DNA of 64,000 bases from Amoebidium appalachense (lineage: Eukaryota; Protista; Ichthyosporea), in contig CAVNZM010000003.1 of assembly GCA_963693365.1 (NCBI GenBank), positions 6,936,812 through 7,000,811 of the forward strand, written 5' to 3'. Positions within the stretch are counted from its first letter, which is position 1, and every line of letters begins with the position of its first letter. The notes under the pieces were generated by a model. The model was not told the origin of the DNA and ran no database searches. It saw nothing but the letters and a program-made list of their open reading frames with translations. Made by a program: the position numbers and the translations under genes. This document shows, in pieces, positions 13,201-26,021 of the stretch.

Positions 13201-13580
13201 AGCCAAAAGCTAGAACAACGCGTTCTGGATCTAGAACACAGCCACCTCTTGTACCACATGTTGAAGCCCTTGGCGATATGCCGATGTGGCGCAACTTATT
13301 GTAGGGTTGTACGAGGATTGTGGTGTTGTGTTGGTGATACGGACCCGGTATGTCGGGCCGGAAAGCTGTGTGCGTGCGTGCGTGTGTGTGTGTATGTGTG
13401 TGGGGGGTTTATGCACTTTGTATTGCTGCGGACATCGTCAGGGGTTCAGCCTCACTTGACGGCCTACTGGGTTTTCCAGCGCAGCCAATCAAATACAGCT
13501 AGTGACTTATGTACACTGTATGCAATAAAACAACCCTAGTATAGGTTATGGATAAGCAGAAGCTAGCATTGGTAGCTCCG

Positions 13581-13581
13581 A

Positions 13582-13612
<31 letters not shown>

Positions 13613-13773
13613 TGTGTATTCACTCCGTGGCACATGTCACGGCCTCGAGTAAACGACGTAGGAGGGCCCCCGGCCAATTCGGCTTTTTTGCACAACGGGG
13701 CGTAAACCCCCGGCGTGCGCGCGTGCGTGTGCATTTGCGTGCGTGCGTGTGTGTGTGTGTGTGTGTGTGTGTA

Positions 13774-13865
<92 letters not shown>

Positions 13866-13979
13866 ACGGTGTATGTGTGTGTGTGTGTGCGCACACGTGT
13901 GTACGGGGTGTGTGTGTGTGTGTGCGTGTCATGTGCACGGTCATGTGTATGTGTGTGTGTGTCACGGTCATATGTGTGT

Positions 13980-14030
<51 letters not shown>

Positions 14031-14162
14031 CGCGCGCGTGTGTGCAGGACCTGGTGATGTGGTGCGCTTTTTTATGTATGCATGTGTGCATGTGATGTGG
14101 GTGTATTTGCATGTGTGCCACGTGTCACCACGTGTGTGTGTGTGTGTGCGCGTGTGTGTGTG

Positions 14163-14210
<48 letters not shown>

Positions 14211-14290
14211 CGCGCGCGCGTGCGTGTGCGTGTGTGCACGCGACGTCTGTACATGTATTGGCGCTCGTGCGGGTGTCTATGAGCGTTAAC
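13581..14290. repeat. Extended (GT)n/(GC)n microsatellite-rich region
   Basis: Directly visible interrupted GT dinucleotide arrays. All overlapping Cys/Val and His/Thr ORFs are repeat translations. Confidence 0.9.
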
Positions 14291-15546
14291 GGTTTGCATG
14301 TATGTCTGCGTGTACATACGTGTGCGTGTGTCCGTGTGCAGCTTGTGTGTGGGTCGGCGAGAAACACTGTGTAAGTGTGTGCGTACATGTGTGGGTGCCA
14401 TTTTGTGTTCTATCACTGGCATGCATGCGTGCACATGCGTACATTGGTGCTCATACCGAGTGCACATTACATGCAGCCCGCACGCCTGATCATCTACCAC
14501 TGTGGCACTGCGCACTTGCCACGGTGCATGCCTGTGTACGTGTCAGTTGGCATTCGATCAAGTTCCTTCAAGGACACGTGGTTTTAAGGGGTTAAAATGT
14601 TGCCTCGAGGCACAGATACCAGTCTCAGGTACCGTTATATTTGTGGGTGGCCACGTAGGGAGATCTCCGGGAAAGGGGGGGGGGGGACAGGACTCAGAGG
14701 ATGCTCGTCATATGCGGGCGGTCCCCTATAAGTCCTACCGTTTTTCCGATACGGTAGGTTTGGTTTTACATGCTCCATGATTTGGAAACCGATTGGGAGT
14801 GTAGACGAGGGGCACTAGCATTGGCTGCATGCGCCCCTTTCAAATTTATCTTTCACGATATCATATGGGGCAAAAAGAGTCGGATGCTTACTACATTATG
14901 TATCCATTGCTTGGGTTTCGTCTTTTCTCTTTTTTTTTCTTTTTTTTCTTTTCTGATTCCTTCAATGTAATGTCCTTACTCACTTTCCTTTTAATTCTTT
15001 TTTCTCTTTTCACTTTCTTTTTTTCCCCCATTCTTTCTGTTCTTTTCTTTCAAAGTTTTTTCCAACTTAGTTTTTTCACGGTGCACAAGTGGTTGTGGGG
15101 GTGGTGGTGGTGTCCGGGGGGGAGGGGGGGGGGGGGGGGGGGGGGGGACTCACTCAGGGGCACCAAGGCATCAGTTGTGTGCGTGTATGTGCCTGCACAT
15201 GTGCGTGTGTATGTGTCTGCATATGCGTGTGAGCGTGTATGTGCCTGCACATGTGCGTGTGTGCGTGTATGTGCCTGCATATGTGTGAGCGTGTATGTGC
15301 CTGCAAATGTGCGCGTGTGTGTGTATGTGCCTGCACATGTGCGTGTGTGCGTGTCGGCATTGTTTGCGCGTCACGGTATGTGCGCCAAGCATATGTACCT
15401 GCTGGGATGCGTGCCCTAACTAGTGAGTGAATGAGTCACCAGTTTGCAGCTGGGTGGGCGCCTGTGTGCCCGCACCGGTGTGCTTGTGTGTGTGTATACG
15501 TACATGTATGCTGTGTGTGTGTGTGTGTGTGCATAGATGTGTGTGT

Positions 15547-15577
<31 letters not shown>

Positions 15578-15592
15578 CATAGATGTGTGTGT

Positions 15593-15631
<39 letters not shown>

Positions 15632-15664
15632 TTTTTTTGTGCCTTTCTGTGTATGTGTGTGAGT

Positions 15665-15697
<33 letters not shown>

Positions 15698-16070
15698 CTT
15701 GTGAAGTGTGTGTGTGTAGTATAGTGTCTCCTCTATCCCTCTCAACCGTGACTCATCCTCCCCTCCACCCCTCGGGGCGCCCTTATGAAACGTTCCCTTT
15801 CTTCCCGGCCCCCCTCCCCTTCCCAGATCCTCCCTCCCCCCCCCCCCCCGTCCCACTTCCCCCCACATCATGGGGGTTTCTTATTGGCGGAGTATCCGGA
15901 ATCGATTCTATCCCTTAGTCCCAGTACTCAGAGTATGCTAAAATAGTGAACTGAGTTCTGGCTTCTGATCACTCCACTGGATAACGCAAAATATTATTTA
16001 CCCTCAATAAATCTCCTCTAGGTTAAATACATCACTCAGACACTCGCCAGCCTTCAATGGCATTACTAAT

Positions 16071-16132
<62 letters not shown>

Positions 16133-16457
16133 AAAAAAAGAAAAAAAGAAGAAGAAGAAGAAGAAGAAAAACAAGACTTCTGTTCCTGAGAAACGCCGTC
16201 AAACGGGACCGCAAATAGGTTCATTGACTGGGTGAAGCTTAACATTGGATAAGAACACCGGGTGTTCTCCAAATCAAATGGTAACACTCAGTGACTAACT
16301 TATGCATATTGTACACTTAGTCTAGCACAAAACTGAGAGGATTCCTGGGCAAAGTATGCGACTCTCTAAATACCTAGTCTTAGCAGGGAAACATCAAGCT
16401 AAGATTGAACAGATTCGGCTGCTGAGACTGACTTTCAAAGAGAGAAAATTCTGTGTT

Positions 16458-16490
<33 letters not shown>

Positions 16491-16538
16491 CCCCCTTTTT
16501 TTTTGGTGGTGGTGGTGGTGGTGGCGGTGGTGGTGGTG

Positions 16539-16599
<61 letters not shown>

Positions 16600-16860
16600 G
16601 GGGGGGGGTATGTCGTTTATCATTGGGACCAATTCACTCAGTACTGTGGCAGATGGTAAGCCCTACATGTGCGAGCCAGTGTCAAGTTTGTGCCAGTTCA
16701 GACAGGTGGTTGGAGGCAAAAGAGTAGACAGAAGGAAAGGGAGTGGTGGGGGGGGGTCATAATTTTTTATTTTACACTTTATCACCGTCTTCCATTCTGT
16801 TTTTTTTTTTTTTTTTTTTTTGCTTGCAAAGTGGTAAGAGCTTACAGAGTATCCGGACGG

Positions 16861-16952
<92 letters not shown>

Positions 16953-17448
16953 CTGGCTTTAACCATCTCTAGTCCGTTGTGTGCATGCCGAACAGTTGGC
17001 AACGTTTTTCTTCTCAATGCCAAAGCCACTTACCCTCCCCCCCTCCCCCCTCCCCGTTCCCCCTTCCCCTCCCCCCCCCCCCCCCCCCCCCTCCCCCCTA
17101 CCCGGCCTGCGGAGGATTATTTGCGGGTAAGTTGGCAGAGGGCCACCACCAACTGGGCCCCTGAGGTGACCTCTACCAACACACCACCGTTTTAGAGCTT
17201 CCTAGCCGCGATCCCTCCCCTCCCCCCCCCCCCCCACGCCTGCCAACCCAAAAAAAAAAAAGGAAAAAAAAAACTTTGGAGAAAAAAACTGCGCTACCCC
17301 CAACTCCAAAGCACGCATCACGTACTACACGCAAACTATAACACCATTACTCACCGAGTCTATACTGTCTATATGCATCGCATGCTTCCAAAGCCATTCC
17401 ATTGAGGACCAGTAGGTTATTGTCCCATGGGCTACATGCAAGCAAAAT

Positions 17449-18044
17449 CTATGAGGGTACATAGTGGCCAATCACATGTTTCTGTCTTGAGTATTTGAGC
17501 TGCAGCACATCCCCAACCTCGTCGAGTGCCTTGAGGGCAAGATCGAGGTCCGCCTCTGTGCATGTGATTAGGTGTCAGTGTGCAAGTGAGAGAGCATGCC
17601 ATGTGGGGATATACACGTGTATGTGCGCTGGTGTAGGCTACATAGGGGAGATTTTCCTTACTTGTACAACTTACTTCCGCCTATCCACAGGGAGGAGGGG
17701 GAGGGGGAAAGCACCGGTGTGTGTGTATGTGTGTATGTGTATGTGTGTGTGTGTGTGTGTGGGTGGGGGGGGGGGGGGGGGGGGGGGGGGATGGAGGGTG
17801 GTTTATCATAGTGGTGCCATCCTAAAGCGCCTGCTAAAAAGTACGAGATTTTCTAGAGCGTAGGTGGAATATTGCATCTCCCTGTGTACCTGTGCATATG
17901 TCATGGTTTGAAACGTCACACTCTCCTCATCACAATACCAAGAACACACAATCTCCTGATAACATACATAATGTGGTTCAATGGCAGAATCGCCATATTG
18001 GGGTGGCAGTGGCTTGGACTTGAAAGAGAACCATAACAAAAGGG

Positions 18045-18098
<54 letters not shown>

Positions 18099-18204
18099 GG
18101 GGGGGGGAGGAGAGTAGAATGCACTATCGCTTACGGAATATAACTTCGCGACAGCCAACACGATGCAGATTTTTGCAGAAGATACACTCTCCAAGAGCAT
18201 TCAT

Positions 18205-18243
<39 letters not shown>

Positions 18244-19249
18244 TACTTGTGTGGGAGGCAGACATGCAGAAGCGAGCCCTTGATGTGATGATGGGGGTGG
18301 CCGGGTAGCCCACAACCACCACCCCAATGCCTCGTGCAAGCATCTCTCTGCTGAAGGCACTGCACACACACACAGTTAGCATGCATGGGCCAGCCACCTC
18401 ACCACTGGTTCTGTCAGTTTCTACAAGGCGTTTTGGGTTCACATACGGTATCGTTTAATTCGTGCTTTTTGTGAGTTAAACACTTTTAGTTGGGAATTCA
18501 GGAAATTGATTGCTTAGATTCTAACTAGCTTATCAGAACCGCGATCACTCCTCAGAGCCTCCTCATCATTTTCTCAGATCCAATGCAACTAAAGACACCA
18601 CTAACCAATCACAGATCTTCAATCACTGCTCAATGCGTTAGCTTCAAAAACCACAAATCCAATGATCCCAGTTGCCAAACCCAAATATTTCGAGAAACGG
18701 AAAGACCCACTGCACATTATGTGGGTGTGTGCATCTGCATGAAGAATGTCCAGGATCGACCATTCCTCCGCATGTGACCACAAGATACAAAAGGGCAGGT
18801 TGGGTTCTAACGAGAAAAGAGCAAACCCGAATGGAATACAACAAAGACGAAATAAAAGAGAGACAGACAGGGAGAGATGGGGTCGGGAGCGGGCAGGTAA
18901 AGGGGCGGCAGGGTGGGGTTGGGCTGGGGAGGGGGAGCCGAGCAGGGAGGGGGGGAGAGGGGAGGAGGGAGGGGAGAAAGGTGACGAAGAGTGAGACAGG
19001 TGGAAAGGAACGGAGGGTTACACCAGAGAGAGCAAGGAGGTAATGGGGGAGAGAGAATGGTCATGAGAAGGGGAGAAGGGTGGGACGGAGGTAAGAAACA
19101 AGGGAGGGAAGAACGGAGGGAAGGAAGAAAAGAGGGAGAGAGGGAGGGGGGAGGAATGGAGAGTGGGGGGGAGAGTGTTTTTTTTTTTTTTTTTTTTTTG
19201 GGGGGGGGGGGGGGGGAGGGAAGGGGGGAAGGTGTGAGAGAGTGGGGAT

Positions 19250-19282
<33 letters not shown>

Positions 19283-20333
19283 AGAGCAATACAGGGAGCA
19301 AGGGAGGAAACCAAACACGTGAAAAGAAGGGCGAGAGGAAAGAGGTGGACTGTGCCACAGTGCGAGAGATGGAGGGGTGCGGGGGTGTAATGTGTTACAG
19401 CCTGCTAAGTGCGCATTCACGACAGACAACCCTATTCCCGCGGGGGAGGGGGGGGGGGGGGTTGAATGCGTCAAAAAGTACGAAGTACACAAGAACAAAC
19501 CGATAACACGATGCAGATGCAAGCCATACATAAATTGTATGCATAATAAGCAGAGCCCATCCTCAGGGGGGGCCCACGTCATCCACAGTACCCGAGTTTC
19601 GACCTATTCACCTTGTTAACGAAACCCAACTCAGATACTGTTTCACTTGAACATGGGTAGGTCACCCGTCTTGATCAGAGACGAGCAGGGTTGCTTATGC
19701 AGGCAAGGGCAGTGGGAAAGGCCGGGGGTTAAAGTTGCACAGTAAGCAGAAGCAAGAAAAATATAGATAGGAACTCAGGAGACGGGGCTTCTAGGAAGCT
19801 CCCCCGCCGCTACCTAAGTCGATACTTCCCTGGCTAACATACTACACCAGCTGAAAAGAATTAAGTCCCGAAGGCCGCAGAATTCGCAATCAGAGGGGAA
19901 AATATGAGATTTGACCCACGCCGCAGGGTAGTAACACGCTTACTAGGGCCGAACTTTAACGTCTTCGAACGGAAAGCTATGCCCCCGGATGTCAGCCGGA
20001 AATATGGTATCACCCATTGCTTTGGGCTTGAAAAAAGCCAAATCGATAGTCCGAGTTATGTTACGCCGGCGGGTAACATGCCGCATGGGTTCCAAGGGAG
20101 CTGTCGCCAACAGAGCGGTGTGTGCATGCATGCGCGTAGTGTGTCTATCGCTATGGGAGAGGGTATGCAGAAGTGGACAGATGAAGTGTGTGGAGAGAAA
20201 AACAGTAGGAAGAAAAGTAGACACCGGTGTGTGCAACCCCGCACAACATACACACACACACACACACACATAAATAAGCGAAGATTACAGGTAATCAACC
20301 AGAACAACAAATGACAAGCAAAACAACAGGCGC

Positions 20334-20368
<35 letters not shown>

Positions 20369-21762
20369 AGAGGGAGAGAGAGAGAAAAGGGGGGGGGGAG
20401 GGGAGGGGGAGGGGGGTCTTAGGGATGCTGCAGAATCGTTAGATATTAGATAAATCGTACCAATACGATCATTCTCTCTCATATACATACATACATATAT
20501 ATATATATATATGGGGGGGGGGGGGGGGGGGGGGTCGTACGCAATCTTTGCCGGGTGGAAGAGCAGCAGGGGAACGACCGGGGAGTCATCAGAGCCGTAG
20601 ATGATGAACCCCATCTCCAGGCACTGTGTGTGTGTGTGAGTGTGTGTGTGCGCGCGTGCGCGTGAGCAAGTGAGTGGGTGGGGGTTTATGTGTGTGTGTG
20701 TGTGTGTATGTGTGTGTCTCTGTGTGTGTGTAGGGAGGGGGGCGGGAGGGGGGAGGCGGAGTGTAGGTGAGTGGGTGGATGCGTGGGTGGGTGAATGGAT
20801 GGGTGTGTGTGTGGGTGGGGGGAAGTGGGTAAGTGAGTGAATGTGTGCACCATTTTTTTTTTTTTTTTTGGGGGGGGGGGGGTGGTGGTGGTGATGTATG
20901 CGTTAGAGGGTTCTAAATATGGAGGAGACAACAAAGAGCAACAACAAAACGTCACAAAAGTGGGAAACCCAAATTCAAACAATTTAAGCGTGCAGGCAGA
21001 GGACACTTGAACAGAGCCCATCATCAGGGGGTTCCTATGCCTCCACAAAAGCATGGGTTTCGACTCTTTAAACTCGGGGGAGGAAAAAGGTGATGCGATT
21101 GAGGCTCGTACTCAGTAAGAAACACGAGCCCAGAACGGGAACACACACATAAGGCAAGGGGTGGGGGAGAGAGAGAGAGAGAGAGAGGGGGAGGGGGGGG
21201 GGTAGCCAATTGAATAGCCCATACAACTTCATTTGTTTCCTAATTCTTTGCAAGCAAATATCAGCCCCAAGTCACAACCAGGAGGTGCAGCAAAGAGACA
21301 GTGCACATACCTTCCTGCGGAAATAGCGTGTGTTCTCGTGGATCTGACGGATACGCCGTTCACCTGCGCACAAATCAAGCCATCAGCCTTATGCTCGGTA
21401 GTTTATCCCTCCACATGCGCACAAACCCACCGACTCATCAACCAAATATGCACGCACACACACGCGAGCGCACGCACACACCGGTGCGCACATGCATACA
21501 CATACACACACACTGCCTCAGCCATTGCAGTCTCAGGTGCACACCCCTGCCCTCGTTCCCTCACACCCAAACACCCACAACCCACAGACGACCGCGCTGT
21601 TTCCTGGTTCAACCTTTGGCCGTGCAAATCCCCCATCGAAAAAACACATCTCGCACCGTAACCCCCCCCCCCCTCCCCCCCCCCTCTTCCCCCGGGGTCA
21701 TAATAAGGGAAAGAAAGAAACAAACAAGAAAAAACGAAAACCAAAGTAATGGGCGCCAAAGG

Positions 21763-21835
<73 letters not shown>

Positions 21836-21963
21836 TGTGTTGGGGGCGGGCGGGCGGGGGGCGGGGGGGAGGCGAGGACACAACCAGGGATCCAGGCACA
21901 GGGCTCATTATAAGCTTTGATAATGATGCAGAAAAATGCCAACCATCCCGCTCCTAGTCCCCC

Positions 21964-22001
<38 letters not shown>

Positions 22002-22567
22002 CACACACCCACGCACGCGCCCACACCCCCTCACGCACGTACCCTCTCCCCTGTCCCAGTCCCCGGCTATGATGGCCATGGAGGCCATGACCTGTGCAGC
22101 CACAGGGGGGGCCATGGAGGGCGCATAGATGGACGAGTGGCACTTGGCCCGGATGGATAAGATCATGTCCTGGGTGATATAAGTGGGTCAGATATATAAA
22201 TGGATAGATAGGATCATGTCCTGGGTGATTTAAGTGGGTCAGATATATAAATGGATAGATAGGATCATGTCCTGGGTGCAATGCGTCAGATGGGCGGCTG
22301 GCAGCATGCAGGCAATACGTCAGATGGGTAGCAGGGGGGGGAGCAGGCACACACCACCATGGAGTAAAAAAAAGGCAGGGCCGTGAAGAAATAAAATGCT
22401 CCTAATCATAGCCCCCCCCGTTGGTGGGGTTGGGGGTTGGAGGGTGAAGGTGCTGCCATTTCAAAATTTTACACTTGCGCCCATTGCGGGTTAGAGAAAC
22501 GAGCTGACCAAGTCCCTCCCCCCTCCTCCCGGAGGCAACACACACAGACACGCACACAGACACACAT

Positions 22568-22631
<64 letters not shown>

Positions 22632-22956
22632 AGCCCCACATCCACACACCACACGCACACATGCACAACAGCCCCCCCCCCCCCCCAAAACCCGCTCACC
22701 CCTACCTTGCTAGCCGCAATGTAACCACCAGCGGCACCAAAAGACTTGGTGAATGTGCCCATCATGATGTCGACATCAGCTGGATCCACCCCCCAGTACT
22801 CCGTCACCCCCCTGCCCGTAGGCCCCATGGCGCCAATGCTGTGGGCCTCATCCAGATACAGGTAGGCCTTGTACTTCTTCTTTAATGCCACTATCTCACG
22901 CAGTAGGCAGGTGGTCCCCTCCATGGAGTACAGGCCCTCAACTACAATCAGAATCT

Positions 22957-23014
<58 letters not shown>

Positions 23015-24182
23015 GTGTAGGGGAGGAGGGGTGGGGGTTAGCATGTGTTCAGAGGCCGAAGTACACACCAACGATGGACAACACAGTGCAGACTGCAGAA
23101 CACACAAAGATGCATGACAACAGAACCCATCCTCGGGCAAGTGTAAGCCATCCCCACTACCCGAGTCTCCACTCCGGGGGGGGGGGGGGGGGGGGGGGGG
23201 GGGATTGGGTGTTCAGTGGCACACATCAGGGAGACATGAAGTACTGAGACAGTGTGACATACAGTGTAAAGATGATCAGAGATATAGTCCGTCATTTGTC
23301 CCTCAGCTACGTTTTGTTTGCCATCACGTTTTGGTGCCTATCCTATGTCCTGCGTGCATTCATACCCATTCAACTCCTCGTGTTATCGTGCAGAGACCCC
23401 CCCCCCCCCCCCCAAAAAAAAAAAAAAAAAAAAAAAAAAAAACATGTCTTACCTTCTTGTAGGGGCGGTGTGTGCGGGGCTGACCCTCAGCCACGGCCCT
23501 CCTGAGCAGATACTCGAGATTCTTCATGTCTGCAGAACAAATAAATCACTAACCGAGCATACACGGGGATTAAGGGGGGCTACGGACTAATACGTGTCTG
23601 GACATACAGGACTCACCTAAAAACACACTGCTTCTACTAGCACACCCGATCAGACGCAGTTCGAGTAACCATAACCAGTCCATTAGAGCATGTGCACAGG
23701 CAGCCAAAACCCCCAGTCAAGACCCCCCTCCCCACCCCACACCTACACAAACGAACCGACCCCCTCCCCCCCCAAAAATAAAAATAAAAATAATTTAAAA
23801 TATTGAGAAGAAAGGCAAAACGGCAGAAAGAAAGAGAAGAAAAGAAGGTAAAGGGCAACGACAGAGCAGCCCTATACAGCAGCTCCCCCCCCCCCCCCCC
23901 CCCCCAAAAGCACACACATATCCCCCACCCACCCATAAACCCCACCCCACCTACACCCACATACCGTTGTGTTGGAAGACCTGGATGCGTGCCCCCGACA
24001 CCCTAGCGCCCAACACCAGGGAGCTGTGGTTGTACGAGTCGCTGAGGATCAGGCAGCCCTTGTCCACCAGGCACGGGATGGTCGTACTGTTGGTGGCAAA
24101 CCCCATGCCCACTACCATGGCTGCCTCCTGTAAAGTCACGGTGATGGGCGTTGGTGAGTACGCGGTGAGGCCATATGTCAGA

Positions 24183-24213
<31 letters not shown>

Positions 24214-24558
24214 CACACACCTCCTCCTGCCATGCATATGCCCACAGCATGCACACACACACAGACAAGCATACGCCCACAGCACGTGCAGGCATATACA
24301 TTGATTTGTCCTCAACGCACAGCCATCTCAATACCAGCCCCCCCGTTCACCGATAGCGCCTAAGTGCCGCCCCATACCGCCACCCCTCTGTCTAAGATGC
24401 ACACATCCACTTGTTGTGCACGTGAGCACACACCCTCCTCACATTCAGCCCACACCCCCACCTCACCTCTCATGAAACCAACTGCCAGAGGTTGATTAAG
24501 TCACAACCCATATCCTCTAACGTACAACCAAATAACTGTCCATCCAGCCCACCACCTA

Positions 24559-24603
<45 letters not shown>

Positions 24604-25651
24604 ACATACACACACACGCAAGCACCCACCCCCCCACACACGCATCCAAACACACACACACACACAGACACACGAGGGCACGCCCACGCCCACGCACACA
24701 CACACACACACCCGCGCACCCATGCACTCACACACACACACGCACACACCCCCACACCCCCCCACCCCCACCCACACACACACAGACACCCACCCACGCA
24801 CACGCACCTTGCCGACAAAGTCAGCCACCCTCTGCTCACAGTCCACCAGCAGTTGGTATGTGCCCATCTCCATAGAGGGGCTGCCGGCCGTGGCCTGAAA
24901 GGGATACCCTTGGTCAGGTGGAACACAAAGGAACCCGGTGGAAGGGTGCTTACACACGTGCATGAGTGTGCATGTGCATGGGGGTTATGCATGTGCATGG
25001 GGGTGCACAGATGGGTGTGCATGGGCATGTGTGTGCACATGTGTATGGGCGTGCACAAGGACAGGGGTAACGCAGAGCAGCCATGCAGATGCATATGCTC
25101 CACCCCAATGATGAGTCTAATAGTCATGTGGTCTCTTCGATTGCCTGTGCAATCCCATGGCCAAAGCACCGTTGTCGATGCCTAGGAAGGGGGGGGGGGG
25201 GGGGGGGGGGGGGGGAATTCAAGTGTCTCCCCCCCCCCCCCCCGCCTCTTCCCTTGCCTAGTTCACTACCAACATGCATGCAGTGTTGTGAAGGGGCGCA
25301 ACCACAGGCATGCACGTGCACACAGGCATGCACGTGCACACAGGCATGCACGGGCACACAGGCATGCACGGGCACACAGGCATGCACGGGCACGTACCCC
25401 GTACTCCTCGAGGATCTTGATGGCATAGTCTGCGCATGTGCCTGTGCTGTCGGCAAAGCCCAGGTAGTTGTATGAGCCCAAGTTGAGCGCACGGGTCGTG
25501 GTGTCCTGCATCCTGGAAGCACAGCCTGTAAGAAGTACACACCATGCTTTCTCTACTCCCCCCCCCCCCCCCAAAACCGACAACACACACACACAAAACA
25601 AGTGCACAGACAGAGGTACCGACACCGACACCGACACTAATACCGGCACAT

Positions 25652-25693
<42 letters not shown>

Positions 25694-25862
25694 CGTGGAA
25701 CAGAAAATGAAACGGTATGGTTGCACGGCAAGGGTGTGCGGCATCAGCCACCACCCCAACACAACGGACAGCACGGGGTCGTGTCTGCATGTATGCATGT
25801 CTGTACATGAGTGCGTGCGTGTGTGTGTGTGTGTGTGTGTGTGTATGACTGTGTGTGTGTGC

Positions 25863-25903
<41 letters not shown>

Positions 25904-25918
25904 ACTGTGTGTGTGTGC

Positions 25919-25969
<51 letters not shown>

Positions 25970-25982
25970 ACCGTGTGTGTGC

Positions 25983-26021
<39 letters not shown>

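Noticed and set aside
14582-14597. piggyBac-like ends (AAGGGGTTAA here; TTAACCCC at ~30714, GGGGTTAA at ~19725 and ~62833)
   Set aside because: No matching pair with extended inverted identity. Short matches are expected in G/C-run-rich DNA.
19904-20314. ORFs in the large SPT2 intron (e.g. [11 protein letters not shown], reminiscent of a Penelope GIY-YIG C-terminus)
   Set aside because: The similarity is a few residues followed immediately by stops, with no GIY/YIG or RT motifs.
21194-21253. [16 protein letters not shown] as the SPT2 'RRRLKEMGF' exon
   Set aside because: The real exons (21311-21363 and 20541-20623) already supply this region with correct splice sites and phase.
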